Source of the DNA: Octopus bimaculoides
Lineage: Eukaryota
DNA: 64,000 nt
NCBI RefSeq assembly: GCF_001194135.2
Contig: NC_068981.1
Coordinates: 158,180,356-158,244,355, forward strand
Direction of reading: 5' to 3'
The notes under the pieces were generated by a model that worked only from the letters and a program-made list of their open reading frames with translations, did not search any database and was not told the DNA's origin. The translations under genes and the position numbers were made by a program. This document shows positions 10,945 through 23,879 of the stretch, piece by piece (position 1 is the stretch's first letter; each line of letters starts with the position of its first letter).

Positions 10945-12830
10945 TTTTACTGTTGTGTTCCATAGTGAATTGTATGTTGCTATTAATATTGTTAAGCATT
11001 ATTTTGAAATCGAGGAGTTTGTCCATGCTGTCTTTCCAAAGTATAAAGCAATCATCCAGATACCTCTTCTAGTTCTTCTTTAAATAGCAATGAAATGAGA
11101 TGCCATATTTTTGTAGTGATTATTGATATATTTTAAGCTCTAGGTAACCTATTACAAGGTTCGCAATCACTGGAGCAGCTCGGGTTCTCATTGCAATTCC
11201 ACATTTTTGTCGATAGTAAACTGTATCGAACATGAAATAGTTGTTCAGTAGGATGAATTTGAGTGCTGTGATTATGAATCTGTGGTTGATGCGTCCTGGG
11301 ATCTCTTCTGGGTATTTTTCTAGCCAGAAGGTGATTGCTTCTATACCATAATTGTGTGGGATATTGGTGTACAAATTGACCACATCGAATGATACTAACA
11401 GGGTTCCTTCATTTATTGTCTTTGGGAGATGTTTAAGCATGTCTAAGTTATCTCTGATGAAGCTTTTCACATATTTTAGAAACGGTTTGAGTAAGATGTC
11501 GAGGAAGTTGCTCAAACGGTGGGTTTCACAAGCGGGGCCAGCAATGATGGGTCTTAGTCTGAGGTCAGTAGGGGGGGGAACATTAATGCATAGGCTTGGA
11601 GAAACTTTGCAAGCTTTACANNNNNNNNNNNNNNNNNNNNNNNNNNNNNNNNNNNNNNNNNNNNNNNNNNNNNNNNNNNNNNNNNNNNNNNNNNNNNNNN
11701 NNNNNNNNNNNNNATTTCATGTTTAGTGAGGCCCTTTCCATGTATTTGAAGTAAACAGGATAAATTTTTCAGAGTCTTCTGTGAGTTGTATTGTACTATC
11801 AATTCGTAGTAAATATTATTTTCCAACATGGAGAGTATTAACTTTTTGTAGTACTCTGTGTCCATCACCACTACCGCACTTCCTTTGTCAGCTTCTTTAA
11901 TGGTGAAGTTTATATCATTTTTTTAACTCGATTAGGTATTTCCATTCATTTACATTAAGGTTGGATTTAATTCGTTGTTTTTGTAGGGTATTAAAAGGAA
12001 AACTGGTAATGTGTTCACAAAAAGCATCAAGTGCTTTATTTCTGCCTTTCGTAGGACAGTATTCACTTTTGTTTTTTACAATTGAGTCATCTTCACTGGT
12101 GTAGTTGTGAAGTGCTTCTGTGAGGCATAATTTTCGGCAGAAATCCATAGTGTTATCCTTAATTTCATTCAGGTTCGATCTGCGATGGGTTGGAGTAAAC
12201 TTTAAACCTCTTGCTAGAATTTTAGTTTGCGTAATACTTAGGATTTTCTTTGATAAGTTGATTATTTTCGGTTGTTCTTGTACATTTTGTTCCATTTCAC
12301 ATCTCTGTTTCTTTGATTTAGGTCTAAAAAATGGTTGTAGTAGGTGGATTGTTGTGGAAAGTCTGTATTGTGTTTGGTTTGCTGAGGAGAAAATGGGTGT
12401 AAAGTGTGTCTGTGGTAGTATGTTTGTGGTGGAGTGACTGTGTAGCGGCCTAGACTATGGTTGTACTGAGGGTTGTTATATTGTCTATGGTTGATGTGGC
12501 TTGGGTTAAATTTATTTTTAATATTGTAATGTGGGTGGAGGGAAAAGTTATGTTGTCTAGTAAGGTTGTGTCTAGTTGAATGATTGAAGTAACCATGTTG
12601 AGGGTTAAGTCTCGGAGGTAAATTCTTCCATTTATTGTGAGATGATGGAGGTGGATTGGTAGGTATTGGTTCCCAAAAGTTTAGGTTAGTCTGGAGGTTT
12701 CGATGGAACCTTTGATTTGTATGTAGAATGCCTTGAGGATTACGTCCAGATTTTCTATTGTGGGCTGAATTCCTGAGTGTTGTTTGTAAGTTATTTTGGG
12801 GTGTAAGAGAGGTTAGGTCGGTGGAGTTGT
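10945..12830 (-). mobile_element. Penelope-like element: N-terminal region plus reverse transcriptase, frameshifted and truncated before the endonuclease
   Basis: Motifs IINLS..LARGLKFTPT, TIKEADKGSAVVVMD, LRPIIAGPACETHRLSNFLDILLKPF, LVSFDVVNLYTNIP, YRQKCGIAM and RYLDDCFILW (RYLDD at 11051-11065). There is a 1-nt insertion in the A run at about 11915. Confidence 0.92.
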
Positions 12831-12843
12831 GTATACATATATA

Positions 12844-12879
<36 letters not shown>

Positions 12880-12908
12880 TAGATAGATAGATAGATAGAT
12901 AGACAGAC

Positions 12909-12960
<52 letters not shown>

Positions 12961-12968
12961 GGATGGAT

Positions 12969-13007
<39 letters not shown>

Positions 13008-15489
13008 ATCGATAACGAAACGAATAGTTTACACCTGGTAGCTTACTGGTAAGGCATGGTTACTTTTACAGTGATCGTTACGTATATTGATGCTAGATGT
13101 GTTGAAACAATTGTCGTGATTAATAATAATTTCTCGTATATTCCATCTTCCATTTACCATATATATATATATCCTGTGTTCTGCTTTTAGAATAAATACA
13201 TCCCCACATGACAAGAAGGATGACTAAAACGTTTAATTGTAGAACAGGCAACCCTTTTAAAGGCTGTAAAGAATATGTCGGACTATCCTGCATTGAAAAT
13301 TTATATCTCTCCTCACCTCTCCCTCTGAAGTGATCATCTATTCATAACTTCCATTTTTCTCACAGTAATTCTGCTGACACAGACGTTGAATGACTTGTCA
13401 TTTTTAGCTGTCTTTACCAGTTAGTCTCCTTATTGATTCACTTATTTATGTCCCTGTTCAACACATTACCTCTTCAAGCATTCTTCACACCCTCCTGTCT
13501 GATCCTTTCTCATGTCATTTCAAAATCAAATTCAATAACACAAGTGGTTCATATGAAAATGTACTGGTTAAATATACAGCCTACAACACTTAGAGCAACT
13601 CCTTTAACACTTACCATCACCACTAAAGAATTATTCATTTATCATTGTAATACATAGAAGAGAACCATCATCATCATTTTATGCCAAATTTTTCCATGTT
13701 GGAATGGGTTGAAGAGGTCATTATAAGTTGTGCATGCAGCAGCAGTAAAATCTGGCTATATAGCTATATGTGCATGTCTTCACACACACACACGACAGCT
13801 CTACCTCTCTGGTTTTACAAACCCTTCATACACAAACTAACACTATACCTACAAAGTTGATAACAACTGGTAAATCCACATCTTCACATTCATTTTAATA
13901 ATCTTTGTTTTCCAAAGTGAAAAAGCATGGAAATTATTTTAAAGACACACAAGCACATGTGTATATACATCTCCTAATATAATAATGAGTGTGGTGTTTT
14001 TATATATTTGTATATTTATACATATATATATATTTGTCCAAAATCATGCAGGACGCGGAGGAGGAGGAGAGAAAATTGTAATTCAGTGAAGGAGAAATAG
14101 TGAGAGTAATAGCCCTGATTGAGAGGGAGTGAGAGAAAGTAATAGCAAAGAGAAAGGAAGGGGTGATAGATGAATAAGGAAGGAAGGGGTGAAAAAAGTC
14201 AGCGTTTCAAATCTGTGTGAGTATGTGTGTATGTGTGTGCATGTACAAGGGAAATATGTGAATGTATGTGTGATTATTATGTACCTTATTTTGTACCTTA
14301 TTTACATATAAAATACTACAAATAGCCATCATTATTGATGGTACATGGTCAGCTAGTGTAAATTATACTCTCTTAACTCTATACATAACCCATGCAAATT
14401 GAAATGACCATGTTAAAACTGAGACCAAGTACTTTAGAAAGATCGTTATTGTTATAACTACCATTCTGCTCTACTTCACTGCCACCACCATCACAACACT
14501 ACCACTATCATCACCATCACCACCAACACCACCACCAAAACCAAAACCAAAACCAAAACCACCCCCAACATCACCACCATCACTACTGTTGTTAGCACTA
14601 CAGTCACCACCACGATGTAGAAGCTTTATAAGTTTTTCCATATTTTATGCCAGCTATGCTTTGTTGATGGCTAAACAAGCATGATTATGCTTATATACAT
14701 TCAAGTGTGTGTGTGTGTGTGTGTGTGATAAATATGTGCAATATGTATATATAAATGTGTTATGTATGATGTATGAGAGGAATAATTATTTTAGAGAGAC
14801 ATATTGTATTGGATATCTTGCCAGAAGTTTAAAGTATTTTCTGCTCCAATAGTCAATTCATACAAATTCCACTAATCCAGCTATACAAATAGTCTCAATA
14901 TATAGGTATTGTTACTATATAATTATTATTATTAAATATGTGAATGTGAGCCTACAAACCAGTAGAATAATCCTTTTCTGAATAAAGGATACATTGTTCC
15001 AGCACATATGTCTTGTTTCCATACTGTTAAGTAGATAAAAGACAAGTATTGCTCTATATAACACCATAAGTAAGAACTGAACTTGACAACATGAAAATTA
15101 ATGAAATTTTCAACAGTATTACTACCTAATGCAATTAACACTTCCATTCTTGTGATATCTGCTTACAGCAAGATGTGCTTTTGAGACTTTCAATGCCACC
15201 ACCTGGTCCTTGGATACCTTCAGTAGGGTCCACTTCATTGAAAACATTCAAATTAGATCTGGTTTGGGGAAACTGGACCTTTGAATTGTGTCACTGTAGT
15301 AACCCATGAGCCCTTCCTTTTCACTATCAATTTTGGAAATCCTCAAATGATCATGGGTACTGCTCTTCTCTTTTGGTAAAGCTACAAAATCCAAGTATCA
15401 TAGTTACAGAAACAATGCATTGCAAAGAGAGGATGTATCTACCAGTCTCACAACTAGTTATTGCTGTTGTTATTGTAGATTAGTGAAGG

Positions 15490-15680
15490 TGCATAGCTGG
15501 TACATCACTGGTGCCAAGCTGTATCAGCATTTACCTTTCCTTTGGATAACATCAGTGGCATGGAGAGGGGAGACTGGTATGCATGGGCAACTATTGATCT
15601 TCCATAAACGCCTTGCCCAGACCTGTGCCTCTGAGGAAAACTTTCTAGGTGCAATCCCATAGTCATTCATGACCAAAGGG
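15490..15680 (+). mobile_element. SINE family C, 3' fragment
   Basis: Ends gtgcctctgaggaaaactttctaggtgcaatcccatagtcattcatgacc, the reverse complement of the 1722-1800 segment. Confidence 0.7.
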
Positions 15681-16929
15681 GGTCTCATATTGTAGATTAA
15701 ACAGAATTATGCTCAAAAGCATTTCAAATGTGTCCATTGTGACTATTCCATATTTTTTTCAGCCTAATTGACAACAATATTCAATATGTCCTTTTCTTTG
15801 AAGACAGCAGACTGTAATTTGTGAGAGATTTTGTCAGTAAGACAATCTGGGAGTTTGTTGCAATTTCTAGTAGATTAGACAGCCATGTATGCGCCTTTGC
15901 ATCGGCTTATCTCACAAGTGGCTTTTTTGTACACCTTTGATTTAACCAACAAGTATCTTTATGAGTTAACAAAATATCAAGCTTAAAGTATTGCCAAATT
16001 TATACAATGTCACATTTATGCAGTGACACATTTGCTCAGAGCAAATTAGGTGAACTGGGCATTGATAGCGAAATATTTGCATATCAGATTGCACTCAGAT
16101 TCATGACAGGCTATGAAATGATGAAGAGAAAATCATGCCACCAGCCCATTAATGTTTTATATCTGTTTATACATATTTGTATTTGTGAGTGTGCAGGCAT
16201 ATGTTTATTTCGCTTGTGTGTGTGTGTGTGCACCTCCATGCATGCATATGTGTGTGCATGTGTGTATCTCCTTGCGTGCATGTGTGTGTGTGCGTGTGCC
16301 TCCTAGTGTGTGTGTGTGTGTGCACGCACGCATGCGTGCATATGTGTATGTCTGTCTGTGTGTGGGTGTACATGTATATCTTTGTGACTGTATATACGTG
16401 TTTTGGATATATGTGTGTATGTTTGTGTGTGTATGTATATGTGGGTGTATGTGTGCTTGTGTATTTATGTATATATCCATATGTTTACTGATGGGCATGC
16501 ATGTGGGTATGGTTTTATATGTATATGTCCATGTGTACATGTATATTCATGTGTATGTATCCATGTGTTTCCATGTCCATGTATGTGTCCATGTGTGTGG
16601 TTTCTACAGCTTGATGACCTTTACCATGCCAGACACTAATGCTGACCCATGCAATCATAGAAAAGCAGACATTTAAATGATGATGAAAATCTCCAGGTTA
16701 GGGTTTTTTTTCCTATTTCCGATATCCATCCTATTATTTTGTAGGCCATTAGATTTCCTAGTAGGGGTGAACTGCACTTTCTTTATCATATTTGTCACTA
16801 TTATTATTACTTATGTTTCTAACTCAGTCCATCATATTACATAATGCACCAAATACATAGGGAACCAGTGGAGATATCTAGTTCTGGACCCAATAACACA
16901 GGCAGGGTTAGTATAAGTAAAAATCTTTG

Positions 16930-17218
16930 TAGCAGTGGTGGAAATAAAACCTGCCCATTCAATTCCCAATGTCTAAAGGAAAATATAGTGTACAAGTGTA
17001 GGGTTACATCAGGTTGAATGACACACTTTTATATTTGAACATGCTTGACAAATTTCAAGGCAAGATTAGCAAGACATTTAACTTCATTTAGAGATAGGGA
17101 AGGAAATGCATAGCACAAGCTTAAGTGTGTTTATCTCATCCCTTAAGGATAAGAACACTGACTTTAATATAGAATGGGAAATAATAGGCATAGCTGAACC
17201 TTTTATAATTGGAGGGGG
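16930..17218 (+). mobile_element. Penelope-like element GIY-YIG endonuclease fragment
   Basis: Translates KTCPFNSQCLKENIVYKCRVT..FYI*TCLTNFKARLARHLTSFR..TSLSVFISSLKDKNTDFNIEWEII. It is cut by an N gap. Confidence 0.8.
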
Positions 17219-17562
17219 NNNNNNNNNNNNNNNNNNNNNNNNNNNNNNNNNNNNNNNNNNNNNNNNNNNNNNNNNNNNNNNNNNNNNNNNNNNNNNNNNN
17301 NNNNNNNNNNNNNNNNNNNNNNNNNNNNNNNNNNNNNNNNNNNNNNNNNNNNNNNNNNNNNNNNNNNNNNNNNNNNNNNNNNNNNNNNNNNNNNNNNNNN
17401 NNNNNNNNNNNNNNNNNNNNNNNNNNNNNNNNNNNNNNNNNNNNNNNNNNNNNNNNNNNNNNNNNNNNNNNNNNNNNNNNNNNNNNNNNNNNNNNNNNNN
17501 NNNNNNNNNNNNNNNNNNNNNNNNNNNNNNNNNNNNNNNNNNNNNNNNNNNNNNNNNNNNNN

Positions 17563-17594
<32 letters not shown>

Positions 17595-17601
<7 letters not shown>

Positions 17602-17812
17602 GTTTGTGTGTCTATGTTTGTTCCCCCACCAACATCACTTGACAACCGATGCTGGTGTGTTTACATCCCTGTAACTTAGCGGTTCGGCAAGAGAGACCGA
17701 TAGAATAAGTACTAGGCTTACAAAGAATAAGTCCTGGGATCGATTTGCTCGACTAAAGGCGGTGCCCCAGCATGGCCGCAGTCAAATGACTGAAACAAAT
17801 AAAAGAATAAAA
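17595..17812 (+). mobile_element. SINE family A, 3' half
   Basis: gacaaccgatgctggtgtgtttacatccc..cagcatggccgcagtcaaatgactgaaacaaataaaagaat. Confidence 0.9.
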
Positions 17813-17814
17813 TA

Positions 17815-18751
17815 CTGATAAAAGGCGAGAAAAACATCTTGATGGCAAATACCCAAAAAGAGCTAATAATTCCGATGTTGACAAAGCCCTTATCCATCAA
17901 TGGCTTAAAATCAGAGACAGAAGGGTTTATCATAGCAGCTCAAGATCAATGCCTACCTACAAGATGTAACCAGGCCAACATATTAAAGAACGGTAGTAGC
18001 CCAACATGTTGTGTATGTAAACAACAAAATGAAACCATTGATCATGTTGTCTCCATGTGCAACCTTCTTGCACCTACAGAGTATCTCAACAGGCATGATA
18101 GAGCAGCACAGTATATTCACTGGGTAATTTGCAAAAACTTGGACCTGCTCAATGATAAAAACTGGTGGGAATACAAACCACCTCCAGTGCTTGAAAATTA
18201 TCATATCTCACTCTCTGGAACTTCACCGTTCAAACGGACAGAAAGACAGATGCGAATAGACCAGACATTATATTGAAGGACTTCAGAGAAAAATCATGCC
18301 TCCTCATCGATATGACTGTCCCAATTGACATAAATGTATCTGTCAAGACCTACCAAAAACTGAGCAAGTATAAAGATCGTGAAATAGAAATTGGCAAAAT
18401 GTAGAACCTCAAGGCTAAAACAATACCTGTTGTCATAGGTGCCCAAGGAATGATAGCAAAAGGGGCTGATTGCTACTGAGCTCCAGATATCAGGAAATCA
18501 AAAAATTGAAGAAATTCAAAAAATAGTGCTCGTGCCTATATTCTACGTAAAATACTATCTAATCTCAAATTTTAAAACAAACTTATAATTTTCTTATGTT
18601 TTCTTAAACATTCTCTAGAACAATACTTTGTACAAAACCAAATATATGGCACTCTAGTAATAACCCCAACTTGAACTTCTAACTTGTTGTCTCTTGAGGT
18701 CTCTGGGTGAGACTTGGAGTCAATTATATAAATACAAAGCAAAAGTCAAAC

Positions 18752-18795
<44 letters not shown>

Positions 18796-18830
18796 GTAAT
18801 AATAATAAAAGTAATAAAAATAATAGTAAT
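17815..18830 (+). mobile_element. R4/Dong-like RLE LINE, 5'-truncated, ending in (TAA)n
   Basis: GLKSETEGFIIAAQDQ, zinc knuckle C..C...ETIDHVVSMC..EYLNRHD, ANRPDIIL..LIDMTVP, IPVVIGAQGMI, then a 3' UTR and a (TAA)n tail at about 18756-18830. Frameshifts are present. Confidence 0.9.
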
Positions 18831-18832
18831 AT

Positions 18833-19037
18833 TGGTTTCAAATTTTGGCACAAGGCCAGCAATTTCGGAAAGGGGCTAAGTCGATTAAATCAATCCTAGT
18901 GCTCAACTAGTACTTATTTTATCCACCTCGAAAGGGTGAAAGGTAAAGATGACCCCGGCGGCATTTGAATCCAGAACGTAAAAACGAACGAAATGCTGCT
19001 AAGAATTTTCCCGGCGTTCTAACGATTCTGCCAACTC
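18833..19037 (-). mobile_element. SINE family B, GGCCTTGTGCC-type tail
   Basis: Minus strand gagttggcagaatcgttagaacgccggg..tacctttcaccctttcgagg..ggccttgtgccaaaatttgaaacc. Confidence 0.85.
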
Positions 19038-19301
19038 AATCCCTAAAAGCAGACTTGGTGACTCTGGGTGAATCCACTATTGTCACATCCATAACAAAAC
19101 ACGCGTGCATACACACACACACACTAACAATAATACCAACACAACACTTCCCCATACAAATAAATGTCAAAGTTCAAATGAATGTCAAACAAACAGATAA
19201 ACAGCACTGTCGGATTTTATAAATGCTCTCATGATAAAAATACACCCAATACAAACACTAACGCTGTGGAAGTAAAGAACAAAAACACCAATATGAAAAA
19301 C

Positions 19302-19461
19302 TTTACATTATTTACATTATCTACATTTGACGGATATTCGTCCTCATCTTGTTTGTTGTTAACACAACGTTTCGGCTGATATACCCTCCAGCCTTCGTCA
19401 GGTGTCTTGGGGAAATTTCGAACCTGGGTTCTCATTCCTATCGATGTTACTATTATTATTA

Positions 19462-19495
<34 letters not shown>

Positions 19496-19580
19496 CAGGT
19501 CGCTGCCGTGAATATCCGTCAAATGTAGATAATGTAAATAATGTAAATAATTCCTCATCTCTTAAATATAGAACTGTATG
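19302..19580. mobile_element. Penelope-type pseudo-LTR remnant with a perfect 38-bp inverted repeat
   Basis: 19302-19339 is the exact reverse complement of 19510-19547, and the arms enclose a hammerhead motif. Confidence 0.65.
19361..19406 (-). ncRNA. Minimal type I hammerhead ribozyme motif
   Basis: Minus strand GACAC CUGACGA A GGCUG-gaggguauau-CAGCC GAAACGUU GUGUU. Core intact; helix I GACAC/GUGUU, 5-bp helix II, palindromic ACGU helix III. Confidence 0.75.
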
Positions 19581-20545
19581 AAAAACTTTACTAATCTAAA
19601 TTCACCTCAGGCAAATGCAATTGTGGAATAGCCATTATAGATGGTGTGGTGGTCTGGAACGTCGTGGGTCACCATTTTAGATAGGTAGGTTGTTGATTTT
19701 CTTTTATTTCCAAATAAATAGGATACATAGAGGGGACGAACTAGGACAGACAAGGGGTAGGTAGGTTGTTGAGCCATCTAATGTGACTCACTCAGAAGGC
19801 TGTAACCTCGTTTGGTAGTAAACCCGGTATGAAGAAATACATGGAACAAGGTGATAACTTTAAATGTCTTTAATGCCGGTCTCACGTATATATATACACA
19901 CTTAATGATAAATGGAAGTGGTTGATGGACATTTATTCTTCTATCTACATGCATCTGCGTGGGTTGTATGTTAGCTGTTAACCCTGGTGAGAAGCTCACG
20001 AACAGCGATACGTTAGAACCAATGCAGTGTAGATGTTATTGGCGAGAGACATGATTGTGGCGATGGAGGTCGCTGTAATGTGGTCAGTGGTTAGACCTTA
20101 GAAAGGTTTGAAACCAACAAACGTTGAGACTAGAAGGAGGTGAGTTTTTATAGCTGACGGTAGGCTCAAATGCTGTTTGGAACAGACTGTCTCACGTGAT
20201 CTATTCGAAGGCAACGATTGGTTGGGTTGCATATTGGCGAGCGATAGAGTAAGAGACAAATTGCACCAATACCAAACAATTAGAGTGGTAGACACAACGA
20301 GTTACAAAACAGCGCCCAAAGGTTAGCTACGTTCGTATATATTTGTATATAATAGAGAGAGGAAGTTCACTAGAGTTCGCTACACCACTAATTGTCTTTT
20401 TCAGGCAGGTGTCTTTTAAATTACGTAATATGTTACTAACACTAAATAACAGATATTACATAGGTTCTTCATAAAATATGGTTCATCGATATAGACGGCG
20501 AGCTGGCAGAATCGCTAGCACGCCGGTCGAACTGCTTCGCGGTAT

Positions 20546-22222
20546 AACGGCTCTGTGAATTATTGTGAATACTGTTGTGTTACTTTGTGAAACTGTCTCG
20601 GTGAATAATTGCGATTTTTGTGGAATTATTACGGTTGCATTTCACGTGAGCTGCTGCATTTTTCCCAGCTATGGCAAGTGGTAGTGTCTCCAGCATGGAG
20701 AGCTCCGCCAAGGCCACTGCGGCGAGGAAGTCAGTGCCGCTAGAAACCAAGTTAATCAAGTTGGATATGGAGGAGGTGACCAGAAACAGGAATTTGATAG
20801 AAGTTGAGGGAGACTCGTACAAATTGTGTCCCCCAAAAGAGACTAAAGAAAATAAGATTCTGAGGACAGTAGTGTATCGTACACAGGCTGTCGAAACCGG
20901 TAAAATTGAAATGGTGACGGAAGAAGAAATCGAGGAGTGCCTGGGTGAAATTGTCAATAAAGCCATGTACACCAACAGAGGAAGAAAGTTCGGTACGGTT
21001 GAGGTGAGGTTCGCCACTATAGAAGAGGCAACCAAGCATGCAACCAACATATTAAGAAGTGAGAAAATAGCATTGCTACCAAGCTATAGAGGAAGAAGAA
21101 GTGTGAAAATACGAATTCCCAGAGTTACACCAGATATTAAACCAGAGTGGTTGGTTGCAACAGTGCTGGCTGCAACGAAGGAGGAGCCGGAATTGGGACC
21201 AGTGACGAAAACAAAAGTGTGCAAATGGTGGGGATTTGGACTCGAAATGTGGCTTTTTGCCACATTCGAGGACATAGAAAGAATTCCCTACCAGATAGAA
21301 GTAGAGGATGAGAGAACGCTAAATGTTGTAGTCGAGGGAAGGAAACCAANNNNNNNNNNNNNNNNNNNNNNNNNNNNNNNNNNNNNNNNNNNNNNNNNNN
21401 NNNNNNNNNNNNNNNNNNNNNNNNNNNNNNNNNNNNNNNNNNNNNNNNNNNNNNNNNNNNNNNNNNNNNNNNNNNNNNNNNNNNNNNNNNNNNNNNNNNN
21501 NNNNNNNNNNNNNNNNNNNNNNNNNNNNNNNNNNNNNNNNNNNNNNNNNNNNNNNNNNNNNNNNNNNNNNNNNNNNNNNNNNNNNNNNNNNNNNNNNNNN
21601 NNNNNNNNNNNNNNNNNNNNNNNNNNNNNNNNNNNNNNNNNNNNNNNNNNNNNNNNNNNNNNNNNNNNNNNNNNNNNNNNNNNNNNNNNNNNNNNNNNNN
21701 NNNNNNNNNNNNNNNNNNNNNNNNNNNNNNNNNNNNNNNNNNNNNNNNNNNNNNNNNNNNNNNNNNNNNNNNNNNNNNNNNNNNNNNNNNNNNNNNNNNN
21801 NNNNNNNNNNNNNNNNNNNNNNNNNNNNNNNNNNNNNNNNNNNNNNNNNNNNNNNNNNNNNNNNNNNNNNNNNNNNNNNNNNNNNNNNNNNNNNNNNNNN
21901 NNNNNNNNNNNNNNNNNNNNNNNNNNNNNNNNNNNNNNNNNNNNNNNNNNNNNNNNNNNNNNNNNNNNNNNNNNNNNNNNNNNNNNNNNNNNNNNNNNNN
22001 AACCGTTAAAATGTTTACATGAGGTTGAACGTAAAAGCGAAAAACTGGATAAATGTAACTACCCGACTTCGGGGATCGAGTGGACATTGCGCCTCATTTT
22101 TTTCATTCTTGCATATTATCATTTTATTTTAATTACCCCGATTTTATGTTTGCGTTTTGTACTTTATGTTTTGTGATGTCTTAAAAATTCTTTGTATAGC
22201 CCTTTATGGGTAATAAAGAAAT
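20546..22222 (+). mobile_element. Young non-LTR retrotransposon, probably Tx1/L1-like; interior hidden by an N gap
   Basis: Flanked by the direct repeat CGGTAT (20540-20545, 22223-22228). It has a short leader, an open ORF1, and a T-rich 3' UTR ending gggtaataaagaaat. N gap at 21350-22000. Confidence 0.8.
20671..21348 (+). CDS. LINE ORF1 (gag-like RNA-binding protein), N-terminal 226 codons, runs into the gap
   Basis: Stop-free, non-repetitive frame. It has an RRM-like segment (GTVEVRFATIEEA) and ends IPYQIEV..LNVVVEGRKP, the context that usually precedes the CCHC knuckle in Tx1/L1-type ORF1. The knuckle itself is not visible. Confidence 0.75.
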
Positions 22223-23879
22223 CGGTATTTCGTTTGCTGCTACGTTCTGAGTTCAAATTCCGCCGCGATCGACTTTGCCTTTCATCCTTTCGGGGTTGAT
22301 TAAATAAGTACTAGTTACGCACTGGGGTCGATGTAATCGACTTAGTGCCTTTGTCTGTCCTTGTTTGTCCCCTCTGTGTTTAGCTCCCCCAGTGGGCAAT
22401 AAAGAATTAAATATGGTTCATCGATATACTTTTAAGAATGCAAAACGTCCTAAGAATATACTTATAAGAATGCAAAACTTCGCTAGCTGAAAATGCATAT
22501 GCGAGAAATAAAAATGCCCGAAGACTTTGCACAGTAGATGGATTTAGAATACTTCTAGCAGATTAAAAAATATCACTCAGTCATAGAAGGGAATCTATTA
22601 TTTCTTGTAAACGTAAGTTCCTAATAACTTTCACTTTCTATCATAACAGCTCCAGGCAAATGAAAAGGCAGTACTCAGGAAACTTGACTGAAATATTTCA
22701 TGCACGATTCGAAGTCTCATAATATATTAGCACTTTCACAACCTGAACACAAATAACAAGATAGTGCGATTTCAGCAATTAGATCGAACCATACAATATA
22801 CAGATACCAATAAATACAAGGCCAAGATGGCGTACACATTGATAGATGCACTTGCAAAGATATTTTTCCTAAATATATGTACCTGCCTCCACAGGTAAGA
22901 CTATATCTATGCAGATGCAGAAAAGCCAACCTTCTATACATATTTTGCCAAACTGGTCCTGAGACCTGCGATTGTGACTACCTGCGCGCGCGCGCGCGCG
23001 TGTGTGCGTGTGTGTGCGTGTGTGTGCGTGTGTGCGTGTGCGTGTGCGTGTGTGTGCGCGCGCGCGCCACATTTAAACCCTGTGTATATTAATTCGACAA
23101 AAAGAATACAGTAAAATTGCCGTGGTGGAAGTGGAAAATCAAACGTCTCAGACAGAGTCGTTCTTCAGGTAAAAGTTAAAGCCAGTTTCTCAAACATAGA
23201 GGATGCAAAACTCTGCTGTCTCTCTTTAATTTTACTCCTGTCAGCTTTTCTCCGAAGGAGATCTTTGTCTTAAAGGTGGATTTTCCACTCTCCATGGTCA
23301 ATTTACTATTTATTTTCTCGATTGTTGATTATTCTAAATCATATGAATCTTGCCGACGCAGACCAGTCTCTTTGGATTCTGCTTTATTTTGTATATATGT
23401 CTGTGTGTCTGTGTCTTTGTGAAACAGACTGTATAGGGTTTGGTATGTATTTGTACATGTATGTATTTATGTGTTTGTTTATACATGCGTGTACATCTCT
23501 ATAACTGCACGTACACCCGTATCGATATTTATTTACGCATTTCTTTGCCCCTGTACATGTTCTTGTGGTTGTGCAACTCCAGACGTAATAAATGTTCACA
23601 TATATTTGTCGGTGCAGCTTTATAAGTGTGAAATCAATGGTCACTCTATGACCGGCTAGCGAAATTTTTTTTCCCACGAGAATTCCGGATCCCAGTAATG
23701 AGCACATTTGCATACAATCAATCAGAGTTCACTATGATCTTGTTCAACTACGCAGAGGCAGCCATGCAGATAACGAAGGATGAGATCCGTTTAGCTCTCA
23801 GATTATGCCTAGACGCAAAGCCCAACATAACATTCGTGAATGTATCAAAAACAACCAATCTATTAGTAAAACACACTTC

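Larger units (their letters stand above)
20494..22408 (+). mobile_element. SINE family B split by a LINE insertion, 20-bp TSD
   Basis: Head 20494-20545 and body/tail 22223-22408. TSD AAATATGGTTCATCGATATA at 20474-20493 and 22409-22428. Confidence 0.92.

Noticed and set aside
15120-15400. Possible minus-strand host exon (coding-like composition)
   Set aside because: All three frames contain stops, there is no coherent acceptor/donor pair, and I recognise no protein motif.
20671-22176. 501-aa ORF
   Set aside because: Only the first 226 codons are real sequence. The rest reads through 651 Ns of estimated length into an arbitrary frame of the LINE 3' end.
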